A stretch of 63,891 nt of DNA from Raillietiella orientalis (Eukaryota): positions 1 to 63,891 of the forward strand of contig JAYWIR010000148.1 in assembly GCA_036172245.1 (NCBI GenBank). The letters run 5' to 3'. The position numbers and the translations under genes are program-made. The notes below the pieces were generated by a model. It had not been told where the DNA came from. It ran no database searches and saw nothing but the letters and a program-made list of their open reading frames with translations. How positions within the stretch are numbered: the stretch's first letter is position 1; each line of letters opens with the position of its first letter. This document shows, in pieces, positions 38,060-50,066 of the stretch.

Positions 38060-40790
38060 GCCGAAACCCGGCGTAAGACGTTCCAGGGGAAACTGGTTGC
38101 AAAACTTGCGGACTGAGCACTTCATTTCGTCTCAGCCCGCGAGCTTCTCAAGATGAACTCCTCTCAGGAAGGCGCGCAGATGTACCACCGTTCCTGCGAG
38201 TCGCAAACAGTGCCCTGGCAGACGTCATGTTTTCAAGGGACGGCCCTTATTTCGCGGATTTAACTCGAGCGTGAGCCGTGGATGGTCGGACAGCTATGCT
38301 GGGAGCGTTCCTCGAGTTCCCATCCGCGTGCACAGGTGGTTGTCGAGGAACATGTGGTCGATGTTCCGACCTCTCCCTGCATCACCGGCCAAGAGGTTGC
38401 GCGCATTCACTACTGCAAACAACTCGTTGACCAGTTGTGCTCGTCTGTTAAGGACACCTGCCAGTAGGCGGAGAATGAAATCGCCTGCAATGAGGTGCCC
38501 CCTCCGTAAGCCAGCTTCAGCTAGTCAGTCTCGCTGCAGGGATTCGAAAAACGCAGTTGGTTCTTCGGCTTTGTGCTTGCTCACTGGTGCGTACAAGTTC
38601 GTCATCACAAGTTCGATCGAATCGGACCACTTGAGAACAAGTTGTCTAACTCGACCGTCCCCGTCAAACCGAGCGCTTCGCAGTGAGTTGTCGACGGCCG
38701 GCTTCAGCAGATAGGCCACTTTGAAGAAGAAATCTGTTCCGTTCCTCCACAGTAACCGCCATTCTGTGATTCTTTCGAAATCCTGGTCTGCTTCTGCTGT
38801 GAGCATGTGAGTCTCTTGTAGTAGCGCCAGTCGAAGTCTCGCAGAATGGCGGCTTCGTCTCGCCTCTTCCCGTCGCTGCTCAACTCGTTGACGTTCTAAG
38901 ATGTTAGTCGCAAGCGGCGAGAGGAGGCGAGTCCACGCAATGGTGTTGTTATGGTGGGGTGGAGGAAACCGCCTCCTGTTCAGAAGACCGGTGGTCCGGG
39001 TCCATGTCGTTGGAGTGTTCAGGAGCATCGCTCACTCCGTCGACCGTGGACTGTGTTAACAGTTGGTAAAGGATGCTCTCAGGCACGAAGTCGCATTGTG
39101 CAACGCACATGGACTCTTCCTCGCTGTCAGATGCCATTTCGACCTCTTCCTGAGAGGTGAAAGCACGCCTACGAGCTCCTGTTGCATTTCTATGTTCTCT
39201 TTTTGGTAAGCCAACGGAGGGCGAGTTCCCGCTTTCGGCGTAAGACTCGGAGGTTTCCGGGTCTTTTGCCGTAGCCGGGCGTCGAACGGCCTTCTTCCCG
39301 GCCTTCACTGACTAACTCAAGAAGGCAGCCAACTCTTCCGCGGCTTGCGGGAAGCTTGCATCCGAGATGCGTTTCACCTCATCACGGATTTCGCCGCCTG
39401 TTGGCGTGTCCGGTGACGTAACAACCGATTCGATAGCGGCAACCGGCGCTCCATCGTTCGGCACAGCCGCAGCTGAGCTTTCGCTCGCCGCTACAACGCT
39501 TCCAGTTAACAAGACTGGAACAACAGTATCGATCGCGGCAGCGTGCACCGCGCTATCGATGGCGACCGTAGCGATTTCGCCATACGGGGCCGGAACCGCT
39601 TTATCAATCGACGCCGCAGCTGTAGTATCGGTCGTTGGCTTGCTGGTTGAAGTCTTCGCGGGAACGCGATCGATGTGTACGATGGAACGGCGGACGGTTT
39701 CTTCCACCACTTTCACCGTATTCTTAGGGACCTTACCTTTCCCCTTGCTTTCCTTCTTCACAGACTGCCAACTGTTTTCGGCAAGTGTTTCGCCTTTCTC
39801 CGGCTTTAGTTCCACAGGCGTCCATTTCTCTCCTGGTTGGGAGGTTTTACCAGATGGGGGATCCTGTTTGTCTGGCTCCTGTGGCGACTCTGCTCTCTTG
39901 TTACCAACAGGAGTAGACGCAAAACGAAGAGGGCACAGCTTTCTCACGTGGCCCTTGTTCTCGCAGCGAAGACACAGGATGTTGGGGAGTCTCCCTTTAA
40001 GGTGCCCGGTGGTCTCGCAGTTACCGCAAAATTTGGGTTTCCCTATGTACCACAGATCGACGATTCCTATGTACCAGAGACCACAGTCGGTGGGGTAAAC
40101 CACTATCCTCGCTGGCTGTCACACGCGCGGCGGCATAGCTACTGATAGCGCTAGTATACCCCTGGGTGTTCTGCTGTGCCCACAGCGCGTGATCGGTCCC
40201 GTATTTCTCCAATTAGGCTCGAACGGCGTTCTTTGCCATTCTCATCGTCACCCCGGTAACGTAGATGACGATCGATTTGTCGGCAGTAAACAAGAAGATC
40301 CTTCTCCCGTTCACGGTCACCGGGCATCTCAGCAACTGATGAGTCATTCCTGCAGTTCTGCAGTTCAGCTCGACTAGCTGACCGCCACTGCGAACAGAAA
40401 GGCCAAGAACTTCTTCTTCCGGCACATTCAGTTTTTAAAATTCCGCGGCAAACGTTCTCAACATCGCGGGAGAATAAAGCCCACATACCTTATACAGTAG
40501 GGCCGGGTTGTATCCGTGAGACTCATAGGCCCTTTGTTCCTCGCATGGTGGCGGCGCGGGAGCCGCCACCACCGCACTCCAAGCCCTCGCCCAAGCAGGG
40601 GAAGGAACTCTGGGGGAGATGGCCCCCACATCCATGAGCTGAGGGGACGAGGCACGCACGTCCCCCTTTTCCGCACTGGCGGTGTCCTCAGGCATTTCTG
40701 CCTTCAAAACACCGCCCAAACACCACACAACCTACAAACTCGCGCTAAAACGCAGAAGAAGCAAAAGAAACACGTCTGCCGTCACGGCGG
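38060..40790 (-). mobile_element. Family X element, 5' part (ORF1 MPEDTASAEK..., APE, linker to PGFG)
   Basis: CGNCETTGHLKGR, CLRCENKGHVRKLC, LLQETH, NLYAP, GDF; AGACGTG at about 40771-40777. Confidence 0.88.
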
Positions 40791-42906
40791 TATTCACCCG
40801 GATATGCCGTGGCATTTATTTCGAAAAATAAAAATACATTAATTTTTCCAGTGGAGAACCCGAAGGCGCACCACGCCAAAACAGCTTGCTGGTTGCCGGT
40901 ACTATGCCGGAGAGGTTCTTCCGATGCGCGGGGGTTGGGACAGAAAAAAAACAAAAAAAACAAAAAGTTTAAACACGGGAGGGGATGAATGTTTTAGGGA
41001 TGAAAGGGCAGGGAGGGGATCACTATGCGCCCGGAGAGGTCCTCTAGATCCTATTCAGGATCTGGACAAACTGTGTCCTCTGTGCGCCTAAGTGGCGCCA
41101 CTTGCATACACCTCGCACGAATAGGCGAGTCCATCGTAAGGCACTGCCAGTTAGCTGACGTCTTCTTCTGGTGGCGTTCCAAGCCGCCACAATCCCTCGA
41201 AAGCAGCAGAGGATTGCTAGAGAAGCGAGGGAGGACAAGGCGTCACTACAGAAGAGGCGCCTGAAAACGTCCTTGTGGCCGCATCCGCGCAAGTGCAGGA
41301 TCGCCGTAAGGCGATTCCATAAAGGGCGGATGGCACTGCACTCAAAGAGAAGGTGGGGAAAGGTCTCTTTTTCCCAGCACCGGTCGCACTGGGGATCCAC
41401 AGCCCCCCGGGTGGTGTGGTACAGGCGGGCTTTACAGGATAAACCCCAATGCATTACCAGCAACGCCACCTCCTGCCATTTGAGGGGGAAAGATCCACTG
41501 TTCCAGGACGCTGGAGGCCACTTCATCTCCTCCGGAGATAGTCCCAGTAGCTCGCCTCAGCGTCGAATTCCGTTGGGCGGGACACTCGGCGTCGCAGCGT
41601 CAGCTAGCTGCCGAGATGTCCACGCCTTTATCGATTGTGTCCTGCCGCATATGGTGCAGGACACGCTCCATTTCCCCTGCTCACTACTGTCCCTGGCATT
41701 CACAAGGAAGGGCAGCACTGGGGCGAAGGGGGTTATCAAGGCTCACAGAAGCTTGTCGTGGGACTGCACGATCTCCTGCAGCGCCCAGCGGGCATGCCTT
41801 TTCAGGCAAGTGTTCTTTGTGCCCGTTGGTACGTAGATCTTTTCCCAGGTGCAGACTGACTCGTGCAACCATGCCGTGTAGTTCCCTGGGAGGCAGGAGA
41901 TCCAGGCGTTCTTCCGTACCACAACGTCCATGCGACGCAGGAGAAAGCCGCCGTGTGCTTCTCTGCGGTCGCGCGCAAACAGATACGACAAAAGTCCGCC
42001 GAATCCGCAGGCTCGTTGGGCCAGGAGGCGTGCTGGAACGCACCAAGGCGTGTCCCACAATTCGGCCGCGAGGGCGAGAGTCCTAAATCCAAGTTGCAGT
42101 TCCATGCGCTCCAGCGTAATTACGCCAAGTCCACCGTCCTTACGTGGACCGCACAAGTCTTTGAGCCTCACACGGGACCTCCCTTTGCCCCAAAGGACTG
42201 TCCTCAGGAGGCCCGCTGCTCGTTTTCAAATAAAATAAGGGGCAAGGCAAGCAAAAAGTGGGGGACAAGGAGGAAGGCCGCAAACGCGTTTTACACCGCG
42301 GCCCGTTCCTGCAAGTAGAACCTGCTCTCTTGGAACGGACCGAACGCCAACGCTGCCTTTTGAAGACGGTCGGACCAGGATTCTGCTGCGCGGAAGTCCC
42401 CCAACGGAACGCCAAGGTACTTGAAGCACCTGCCCGTGGAGATCCCCAAGCGGATCCAGTCCGACCGTGCAGCCCACGCCAAACCGACAAAGACCATGGA
42501 CGACTTCGCCCTCATCACCTCCAGGCCCGTCCCGCGGCGCAGCAGCTCGAAGAAGTCCTCGAGCGCACTCGCCGGGGTGGACCCGGGAAGCAGCAGCAGA
42601 AGATCGTCTGCATAGGCCGACACGGCAGGCGTGCCGGCACACGAGCTCGGCAGAGTTGCCAGAGTTACCCTGTATGCCCTTAGCAACAACTCGAAGTAGA
42701 TGCTGAAGAGCAAGGGGCTCAGGCTGTCACCCTGTCTGATGCCGCGTCGCACTGGCACGCCGTACACTTGCCGGCCGCTGAAACCAATATTGATATACGC
42801 GTTGCGCCAGCAGGAGCGCAGGTAAGACCGGAGCACGGCCGAGAAACCCAAGCGTTTCAGGAGCTCCAGAACGAGATCCTGGTCGACGCAGTCTGATGCT
42901 TTGTGA
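40791..42906 (-). mobile_element. Element 3' part (probably family X), from HKAxD to the 3' end
   Basis: RGIRQGDSLSP, YADD, KYLG, CDRCWEKETFPHLLFEC; AATAAA plus hairpin ending GGGTGAATA. Confidence 0.88.
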
Positions 42907-45900
42907 GATCCAGGGTGAAAGTGTATTCTCGGTGCTCCTCGTGCCAGGAAGTCTCCTCAGTGCAAGCGTCGTGTGGTTCGGTGGTCGATCAGGCAGCGAT
43001 GCCTGACGCGACCACCAGGGATGGCCAGGGGGCAGCGGAAACGCCGCCCCCAGAGGCGATGGAGAGCCAGGGAGCGGCGGCAACGTCACCTCCAGAGGCG
43101 ATGGAGGTGGGGGCATCCGCCCTCACATAATCGGTCCCCGCTGCAACGCATGCGTGGAGCGCCGTTGTGTGGGCGCCATCGCCTGCAGTTGCGGCGGAAT
43201 TGTCGGCCTATGTAGAGGAGGGGTACAAGCCCTCATTGTTCTACAAGGTAGGCAATTTATATTCTTTAGAGAGCGCGCGCGCCTTCTCGAAGGGCATGCG
43301 CGCTCTCGATGTGAAAGAGGAGGAGCTCAGCGCTATGACCATCCGCAGCGGGGGTCAGTACGTTGAGATCATCTGCAAACAAGCAGAGCTGGCCCAACGA
43401 CTGCTTAAAACCCACGTGGTGATGGGGACGCGCAAGCTCCTCCCTATTACGGCGGACCGCAGCATGATGGTCCACCTGTTAGGTGTTACCGCACGGATGC
43501 GCAAGGAACAGGTTCGCGCCGCGTTGGAGGAATACGGAACGGTCCACGCGCAGTGGACGAAAGTAAGTACTTTCGAGGACTCCACGGGGCTGCAACACGG
43601 CATCACTGCTGCGCGCGTGATCGTTCGGGAGGGCTGCACTCTTCCCCACAATCTGGTGGTCGAAGGCGAAACCGTCGACCTCTGGTATGTGGGGAACCCG
43701 AAATACTGTGGCATCCGCAATACGTCGGGCCACCTCTAAAAGGGGTGTCCCAATGTGCAGTGCCAAGTATGCGGAACCATGGGACACACGAGGGAGGTGT
43801 GCCCTAAAGCAGTAGTGCGGGTGGTTTCCAAGAGAAAGCTTAGAAAACGTGCCCGGATTCTGCAGAAAAGACTGGCGGCGAAAGCTGCCGCGAAGGCTGT
43901 GCCAACCGCGCCCAAGGCCCAGGCCGCACCCGAGACCCCGGCGAACAACGCCGAAAAAGTCGAGGGAACAAGACAGCAGCCTGGGTGGCAGGTGCCTACG
44001 GCCAAAAAATCAAAAAAGGAGAGGTGGATGGAGAAAAAGCTCGCGAAACGCCAGAAAAAACAGCAGGCAAGCGAGCAAATTAAAGAATGCAGCGTTGTCG
44101 TCGAGCGTATTCCCGACCTATGCGAAAAAGAACTCGCCGCTACCGACGACAACCCCTATGTTGACTCTGTCAACAGCGAGGGGAGGGAGCCGGCGGCAGC
44201 GTACGTCATCGACACCACCATCGATGACGTAGAATTCGCGCGAGCCGCGGAGGAGCTGGCAGCCTCGTTGCAGCCAGAACCCTCCAAGGCTGGCAAGAAG
44301 GGCGTAAGGCGTCCGGCCTCCCCTCAGGAGTCCCCCATTTCCGACCCCGACGTGGAGGCCGGAAGCGCAGCCTTCGTTTTCAGGGCACCGCGCAAGAAGC
44401 CTGGACGTAAGTCCACAAAGCCAAGGAAGCTCGTCTCCCCCGTCGAAGGGGGAGTGATGGCTTCCCCAAGCGAGGGTGCCATGAGCGTGGGAAACTCTCG
44501 GGACCCGTCGCCCGAGAGACTCCCACGCACGGACACGAAGGGGATGGAGGGGGTGGAGGCCCAACAGGTGCCTCAGGTGCCTGAGAAGGCCGAAAACCCC
44601 ATGGACATCCCGCCTGCCTCGCAAGAAAAGGGCTCCCCCACACCTTAATCTTCCCAGCAGTAATGCCGGGAATCTCCTCCCGCCGTCGTCTGCGCATCGC
44701 CGTTTCGAACGTGAACGGCATGACAGACGCCGGCAGGAGACGAGACATGGCCGCCCTTCTGGAGTCCTACGACCTTGCGCTGCTGCAGGAGATCCACGTG
44801 ATCTCTGCAGAACAAGCGCAAGAGATCGAACGGATCTCCGGAGGGCAGCTATGGTACAGGTGTGGGAGAGCGAAAAGTTGCGGTGTCGCCTACCTGCTTC
44901 GGCCAGCCGTCGAGGCCGCGGCTCGGGGCGTGCGGTTCGACGATCACGGTCGTGTCGGCCAGCTGACTCTCAGGTGGTCCGACTCGATCGATCTGATCGT
45001 CACGAACGTGTACGCACCGAACGGCGCGGACCTAATGAACAAGAGGGCGAGGAAAGAGTTTTTCCTTGCCCTCTGGAGAGACTGGCTGACCGAAGCAGGC
45101 GTTGGAAATGCCCATCTGGTTGCAGGCGATTTAGACGTTCGCCTGAAACCAGATGAGCAGAATCCCGAGCGTGACCTGGTCAACGAGGTGTGCATGGCGG
45201 TGCACACCTGTAATTTGTTGGCCAGTGCACCGGGTATGGAAGACAGCATTGACCACGTGTTTCCTGAGGAGCACCCGTGCCCTCGCGTGGGCAGGCGCGG
45301 CAAGTGACCGTGCGAGCTGTCCGACCATTGCCCGCTAGTCCTCGAGATCCATCCGCGCGACAGGGTCCCCCCTCTTCAGCGTGGCGTCTCCCAGGGGACT
45401 GGCTGAAGCTCCCGGACGCGGCGGAAAATCTCCGCACGTTCATAAGGAGCTTCAGGCTGCGGACACTCCAGGATTGGGACCGCTTCAAGCGGTCAGTCCA
45501 GGAGTTCTGCGACCAGTTCCCTCTGCACCGCCTACCTACGGGATTTGAAGACGGGGTACGTAACGAACGAGCCTACCTGCAGTCCCGTCGTTACGCCAAG
45601 ACCCCCGACATCCGCAGGCTGGCAGAATACAAAGCGGGAGACAAGAGGCAAGCCTGGCGGTCCGGATCGGCCAGCTTACTGGACGATCAGGGCCAGGAGC
45701 ACTCGGCACCTGCCCAAATCCGCGGCCTGCTGCGCAGTTACTACTCCTCGCTGTATGCCAGGGCACCTCCGGAGAGGAACGTCTCACGACTCCTGCTTCC
45801 GGAAGGCGCTCCAGCGATCGAAGAGGAGCAGAGAAAGACCCTCGACGAGCCTTCCACGATGGACGAGATCCTCTCGGCCATCGGAAAGCTCAAGAAGCGA

Positions 45901-46459
45901 AAGGCTCCAGTGCAGGACAACCTGCCCGCGAAGTTTTATCAAACCTTCGCGGCTGAACTTACCCCACTGGTACAGCAACTCACCTTGCTGATACGCGAAA
46001 CAGGTTACGTCCCCGCCTTGTTTCGTTCGGCAGAGGTGCAACTCTTCCCTAAGGGAGGAGATCTGAGGAGCATGAACAACTGGCGCCCCATCAGAATAGT
46101 GAATGCGGACGCCAAGTTGCTGGAAAGGCTTGGGCAGAGCGTCTGGGACGGGTTGCCAACATCTTTATCAGCCCGGAACAGACATATGCTGTTCCCGGGC
46201 GAAGCATGGAGGCGAACCTGTTCCAGGCTTCCACCTGGCTAGAGCTCCAACACCAAAGGAGCTTGGTGCGCTGTGGAATTCCGGTGCGTGCGCCGGCAGG
46301 GGGTTTGATGGTCGGGTGGGAGAAGGAGCCCTTGCGGTCGCAATCGACTTGCGGAAAGCATTCGATTGCGTAGACCAGAATCTCCTTCTGGAGCTTCTGG
46401 AACGCTTGGGCTTCCCGCCCTCATTAGTGGCCTATCTGCGCTCCTGCTGGCGCGACGCC
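42907..46459 (+). mobile_element. Family A element, 5'UTR through RT motif KAFD, then truncated
   Basis: ORF1 42999-44648 with internal stops; ORF2 from 44663 to YLRSCWRDA. Confidence 0.92.
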
Positions 46460-47010
46460 CAGACGCAAGATTTCGAAGAACGCAGTGCGTTCCTCGGCCC
46501 TGTGGCTGCTCACCGGAGCGTACATGTTCGTGACTATGAAGTCGATCGAGTCAGACCACTTGAGAAGTTTTACAAACACTTGGCGCCAGAGCTGGCCCCC
46601 CTGGTGCTCAGGTTAAGTACACTGATCCGCAAACACGGCGAAGTTCCCGCCTCGTTCCGGACAGCAAATGTACGTCTCCTGCCAAAATCAGGAGACTTAC
46701 GCAACATTGGCAACTGTCGTCCCATCACAGTAGTGAATGCGGACGCAAAGGGCTATGCCAAGTTGTGGGCTCAGCGTTTGGGGCGGGTGGCCGCTTCCGT
46801 GGTGAGCCCCGAGCAGACTTACGCTCTTCCCGGACGAACCATGGAGACCAACCTGCTTCTCGCCAACTCATGGTGGCAGTTGCGACAACACGTTGCTCAG
46901 GATGGTCAAGGGAGCCTCGCGCTCCCCTCTGACCAAGAAGATCATGCAGAAGCAAGGACGGACTCGGCGGGAGCCTTTGCCGTCGCGGTCGATTTGCACA
47001 AAGCATTCGA
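46460..47010. mobile_element. Rearranged fragments: X-like minus-strand APE piece (46460-46566) joined to a plus-strand RT piece (46567-47010)
   Basis: Reverse complement LKWSDSIDFIVTNMYAPVSSHRAEERTAFFE; plus strand FYKHLAPELAP...AVAVDLHKAFD. Confidence 0.8.
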
Positions 47011-49237
47011 TATTCACCCAGATTTCGCCAGGGCGTTTATTGTGAAATAAACTTCTACAAAGACCTTCGGTGGCTGGACCATTGCTCCAGCCACGCACGA
47101 AGAAACACAGAGCCTGCCGGGTCACCGGTTCGCAGACCGGTACGGTCCACAACGGCAGCAGGGGGAAGGGGGAAAAACAAAAAAAACAAAACAAAAGAGA
47201 AAAGAAAAGTTGGGAGGGTAAGGGAAGGGATCACAGTTACTGGTGGGGCCCTTGCATCCTTTGCAGGATGCCAGCACGCTCCTTCTGTATTCCTGGATCC
47301 AGGTGAGGCCATCGGGACGCCCTCCTCAGGAAATGGGAGGCTGGATGGATGGCAACCTGGTCGCGTTGTTTTCCCGTAGCGTTGCTCCAAGCGGTGACGA
47401 TCCAGCGTAGGCAGCACAAAAGTGCTAACAAGGCCGCTGGCCGAAGGGCGTCGGCAACGAAGAGGGCTTTCAGTGCGTCCCTGGGGTTGCCGCAGGGGAT
47501 TCCGATGGCCGCGGCAGAGCGAAACCAAAGGGGCCGAAGGACAACACAATCCACTAGCAGGTGGGGGAGGGACTCCCGTTCCCCACACCTGACGCAATTG
47601 GGGTCCACCGCTCCCCAGGTACAGTGGTGTCGGCGGGAGTTGCAGGGGAGTTCCCAGTGCTGCAACAGTAGAGCCGACTCCTGCCATTTTAAGGGGAGGG
47701 CGGAAGTGTTCATGAGCACCGGGCGCCACTTCAGATGTTCAATGGGAACATCGAGCAGCGCGCCCCAGCGCAGAAGTCCTTTGGGAGGCGTACTCAGGGT
47801 CCCAGCGTCTGTTACCTGGCCCGTCTTCCAGTCTCCTATCTTCTTCTCCTTTACGGAGATTGTTACTGTAACCACCCACTTCGCCGCAACATCGCTGTCC
47901 AGATCTTCCATCAGGGAGGGCAGCGCAGCAGCTAGGGGGGTTCTTCCTGCCCACGCTCTCTTCTTTGGATCCTCCAGGATCTCGCGGAGCGTGCAACTTC
48001 TGTAACTTCCAAACAGGAACCTTCGTTCCTGTTGGGAGCGTTGCATGCCGAACTGTCCCCAGATTCAAACGGTTACCTGCAACCAGGCACTACCGTTCAA
48101 AGGGCGACAGGTGAGAAATCCAGGGTTTTTGCGATACAGCGCAGCCACCCTCCGTAGCTGGAGTCCGCAACGGTTGACGCGCCGACGGAGTGCAAGAAAC
48201 GCCGTCAGTCCCGTCTTGCAGGTGGCTTGCTGGAGAAGGAGACGTGCAGGGACGCACCAACAGGTGCACCACAACTCTGGAACGAGTGCCGACAAGCGGA
48301 ACTGGAGCTGAAGCTCTATCCGCTCCAATGTCAGGATGCCGAGACCACCGTCCGGACGCGGAGCGCACAAGTCCTTTAAGCGGACTCGGGCCCTCCCGTT
48401 GCCCCAAAGGGCGATACGGAGGAGGTCCTTCGTCCGCTTTTTGATCCTATCTGTGTGGGGGCAAACAAAAAGCAGGGAATGGAGGAGAGGAGCCGCGAAC
48501 ATGTTCCAAACCGCGGCCCGTTCAGGCAGGAAAAACCTGCCGCCTCGGAACGGGCCGATAGCCGTCTCTACTTTTTGAAGGCAGCCGGACCACGCTTACG
48601 CAGGGGAGTAGTCCCCCAACAGCACACCAAGGTACTTCAAGTACCTCACCGTGGGGATCCCCAAACAAACCCAGTCCTGCTGCTCTGCCCACGCCGCACC
48701 AACTGGCATCACGGACGATTTCGCCTTGTTCACCGTAAGTCCGGTTCCCCGATGCAGCAGGTCGAAGAACTCCTCGACCGCCGCAGCCGGGGTGGACATA
48801 GGGAGCAGTAGCAGGAGGTCGTCCGCATATGCTGAAACCGCAGGCGTTCCGGCGCATCCATGTGGCAGGTGCGCTAGAGTTTTCCTGTACGCTTTCAGTA
48901 CCAACTCAAAGTAGGTACTGAAGAGCAAGGGGCTCAGGCTGTCTCCTTGCCGTTTGCCCCGCCGTACCGGCACGCCGTACACCATCTGACCTCTAAAAGA
49001 GATGTTGATTAGCGCGCTGCGCCAGCAAAAGCGCAGGAAGGTCAGTAGGAAGGGTGGGAAGCCCATGCGACCCAGGAGCTCCAGCAGGAGATCCCGGTCC
49101 ACGCAGTCGAACGCTTTATGCAGATCGACTGCGATCGCTAGGGCCCCCTTTTCCACCTGGGTGTCTTGTCCCTGCCTGGCTGACTTCCGCGAATCGGGGC
49201 AGCCAATCGTTCCCTCTTTCTTGTTACTACTCTGCAG
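47011..49237 (-). mobile_element. 5'-truncated chimeric element (D-like RT start, A/B-like remainder and 3'UTR)
   Basis: HKAFD, YADD, CVRCGERESLPHLLVDC; 3'UTR similar to family B; AATAAA plus hairpin. Confidence 0.85.
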
Positions 49238-49247
49238 TTTCTTAGTG

Positions 49248-49409
49248 TTTCATCCGGGTAAGCCGGGGCCTTTATTACTAAAATTTTGAAATTACAAAAT
49301 TTTGTAACAGAGTCTATGTTGTTAAAATTTTTGTTTTTACGACGTCAGAAGTTCAGATCAGAAGTTTGGTAGCACTTGTGCTTACCGACCCGGAGGTCGA
49401 TAAGGTCCT
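49248..49409 (-). mobile_element. About 160-bp 3'UTR-only copy of family Y
   Basis: Shares GACCTTATCG...GTCGGTAAGNACAAGTGC and TAATAAA.GCCCCGGCT.ACCCGG.TGAAA with 60289-60480. Confidence 0.8.
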
Positions 49410-50066
49410 GCGGCGTAGCCACTAAAAGCCCTGGCATATCCCAGGACATTGGGCAACGCCCACAGCGCGTGGACGGTTTCTTATTGCTCCAAGCTTTCTT
49501 TTACGGCGTGCTTCGCCATCCGCATTGTTATGCTGGTTAGGTGGACAATGATCGAATTGTCCGCCGTGAACGGGAAGATTCTTGAACCGTTCACGGTCAT
49601 CTGCAGGCAAAGCAGCTGTTGAGCCATCCCTGCAGACCTGCAGTTCAGCTCAACCCGCTGCCCCCCACTTCTCACCGAGCCCGAGGACTTCGTCCTTCGG
49701 GACTTTTAACTCTTTAAGCTCGGCCGCGAACGGCCGCAAAACCTCGAAGGAATACAGGCCAGCTACCTTGTATAACAAGGCTGGGTTATACCCGTCGGCC
49801 ATGTATGGCTGCTGCTCTTCTAAGGGGGGCGCTGCCACCACCGCGCTCCAAGCCCTCGCCGGGGCGGGGAACGAATCCGTCGGGGAGATGGCCCTAACAT
49901 CCATTGGTTGGGGGGACGAGACTTGCTTGCCCCTTTCCGCCGTCTTGGTGGGGTCCTCAGGCATTTCTAACTAGGAACAACCACGCTGAAATCACCGAAA
50001 ACACCCGCGAAAACAACGGTTTTGCAGAGCTTCACAAAAACACATCGTCTCAGCCCGGTAAAGTCA
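49410..50066 (-). mobile_element. Family X element, 5' end and ORF1 N-terminus (MPEDPTKTAE...)
   Basis: GYNPALLYKVAGLYS and SGGQRVELNC; paralog of 40130-40790. Confidence 0.85.

Noticed and set aside
40042..40076. 24-bp local duplication (LWYIG twice) in family X ORF1
   Set aside because: Seen in one copy only; likely post-insertion slippage.
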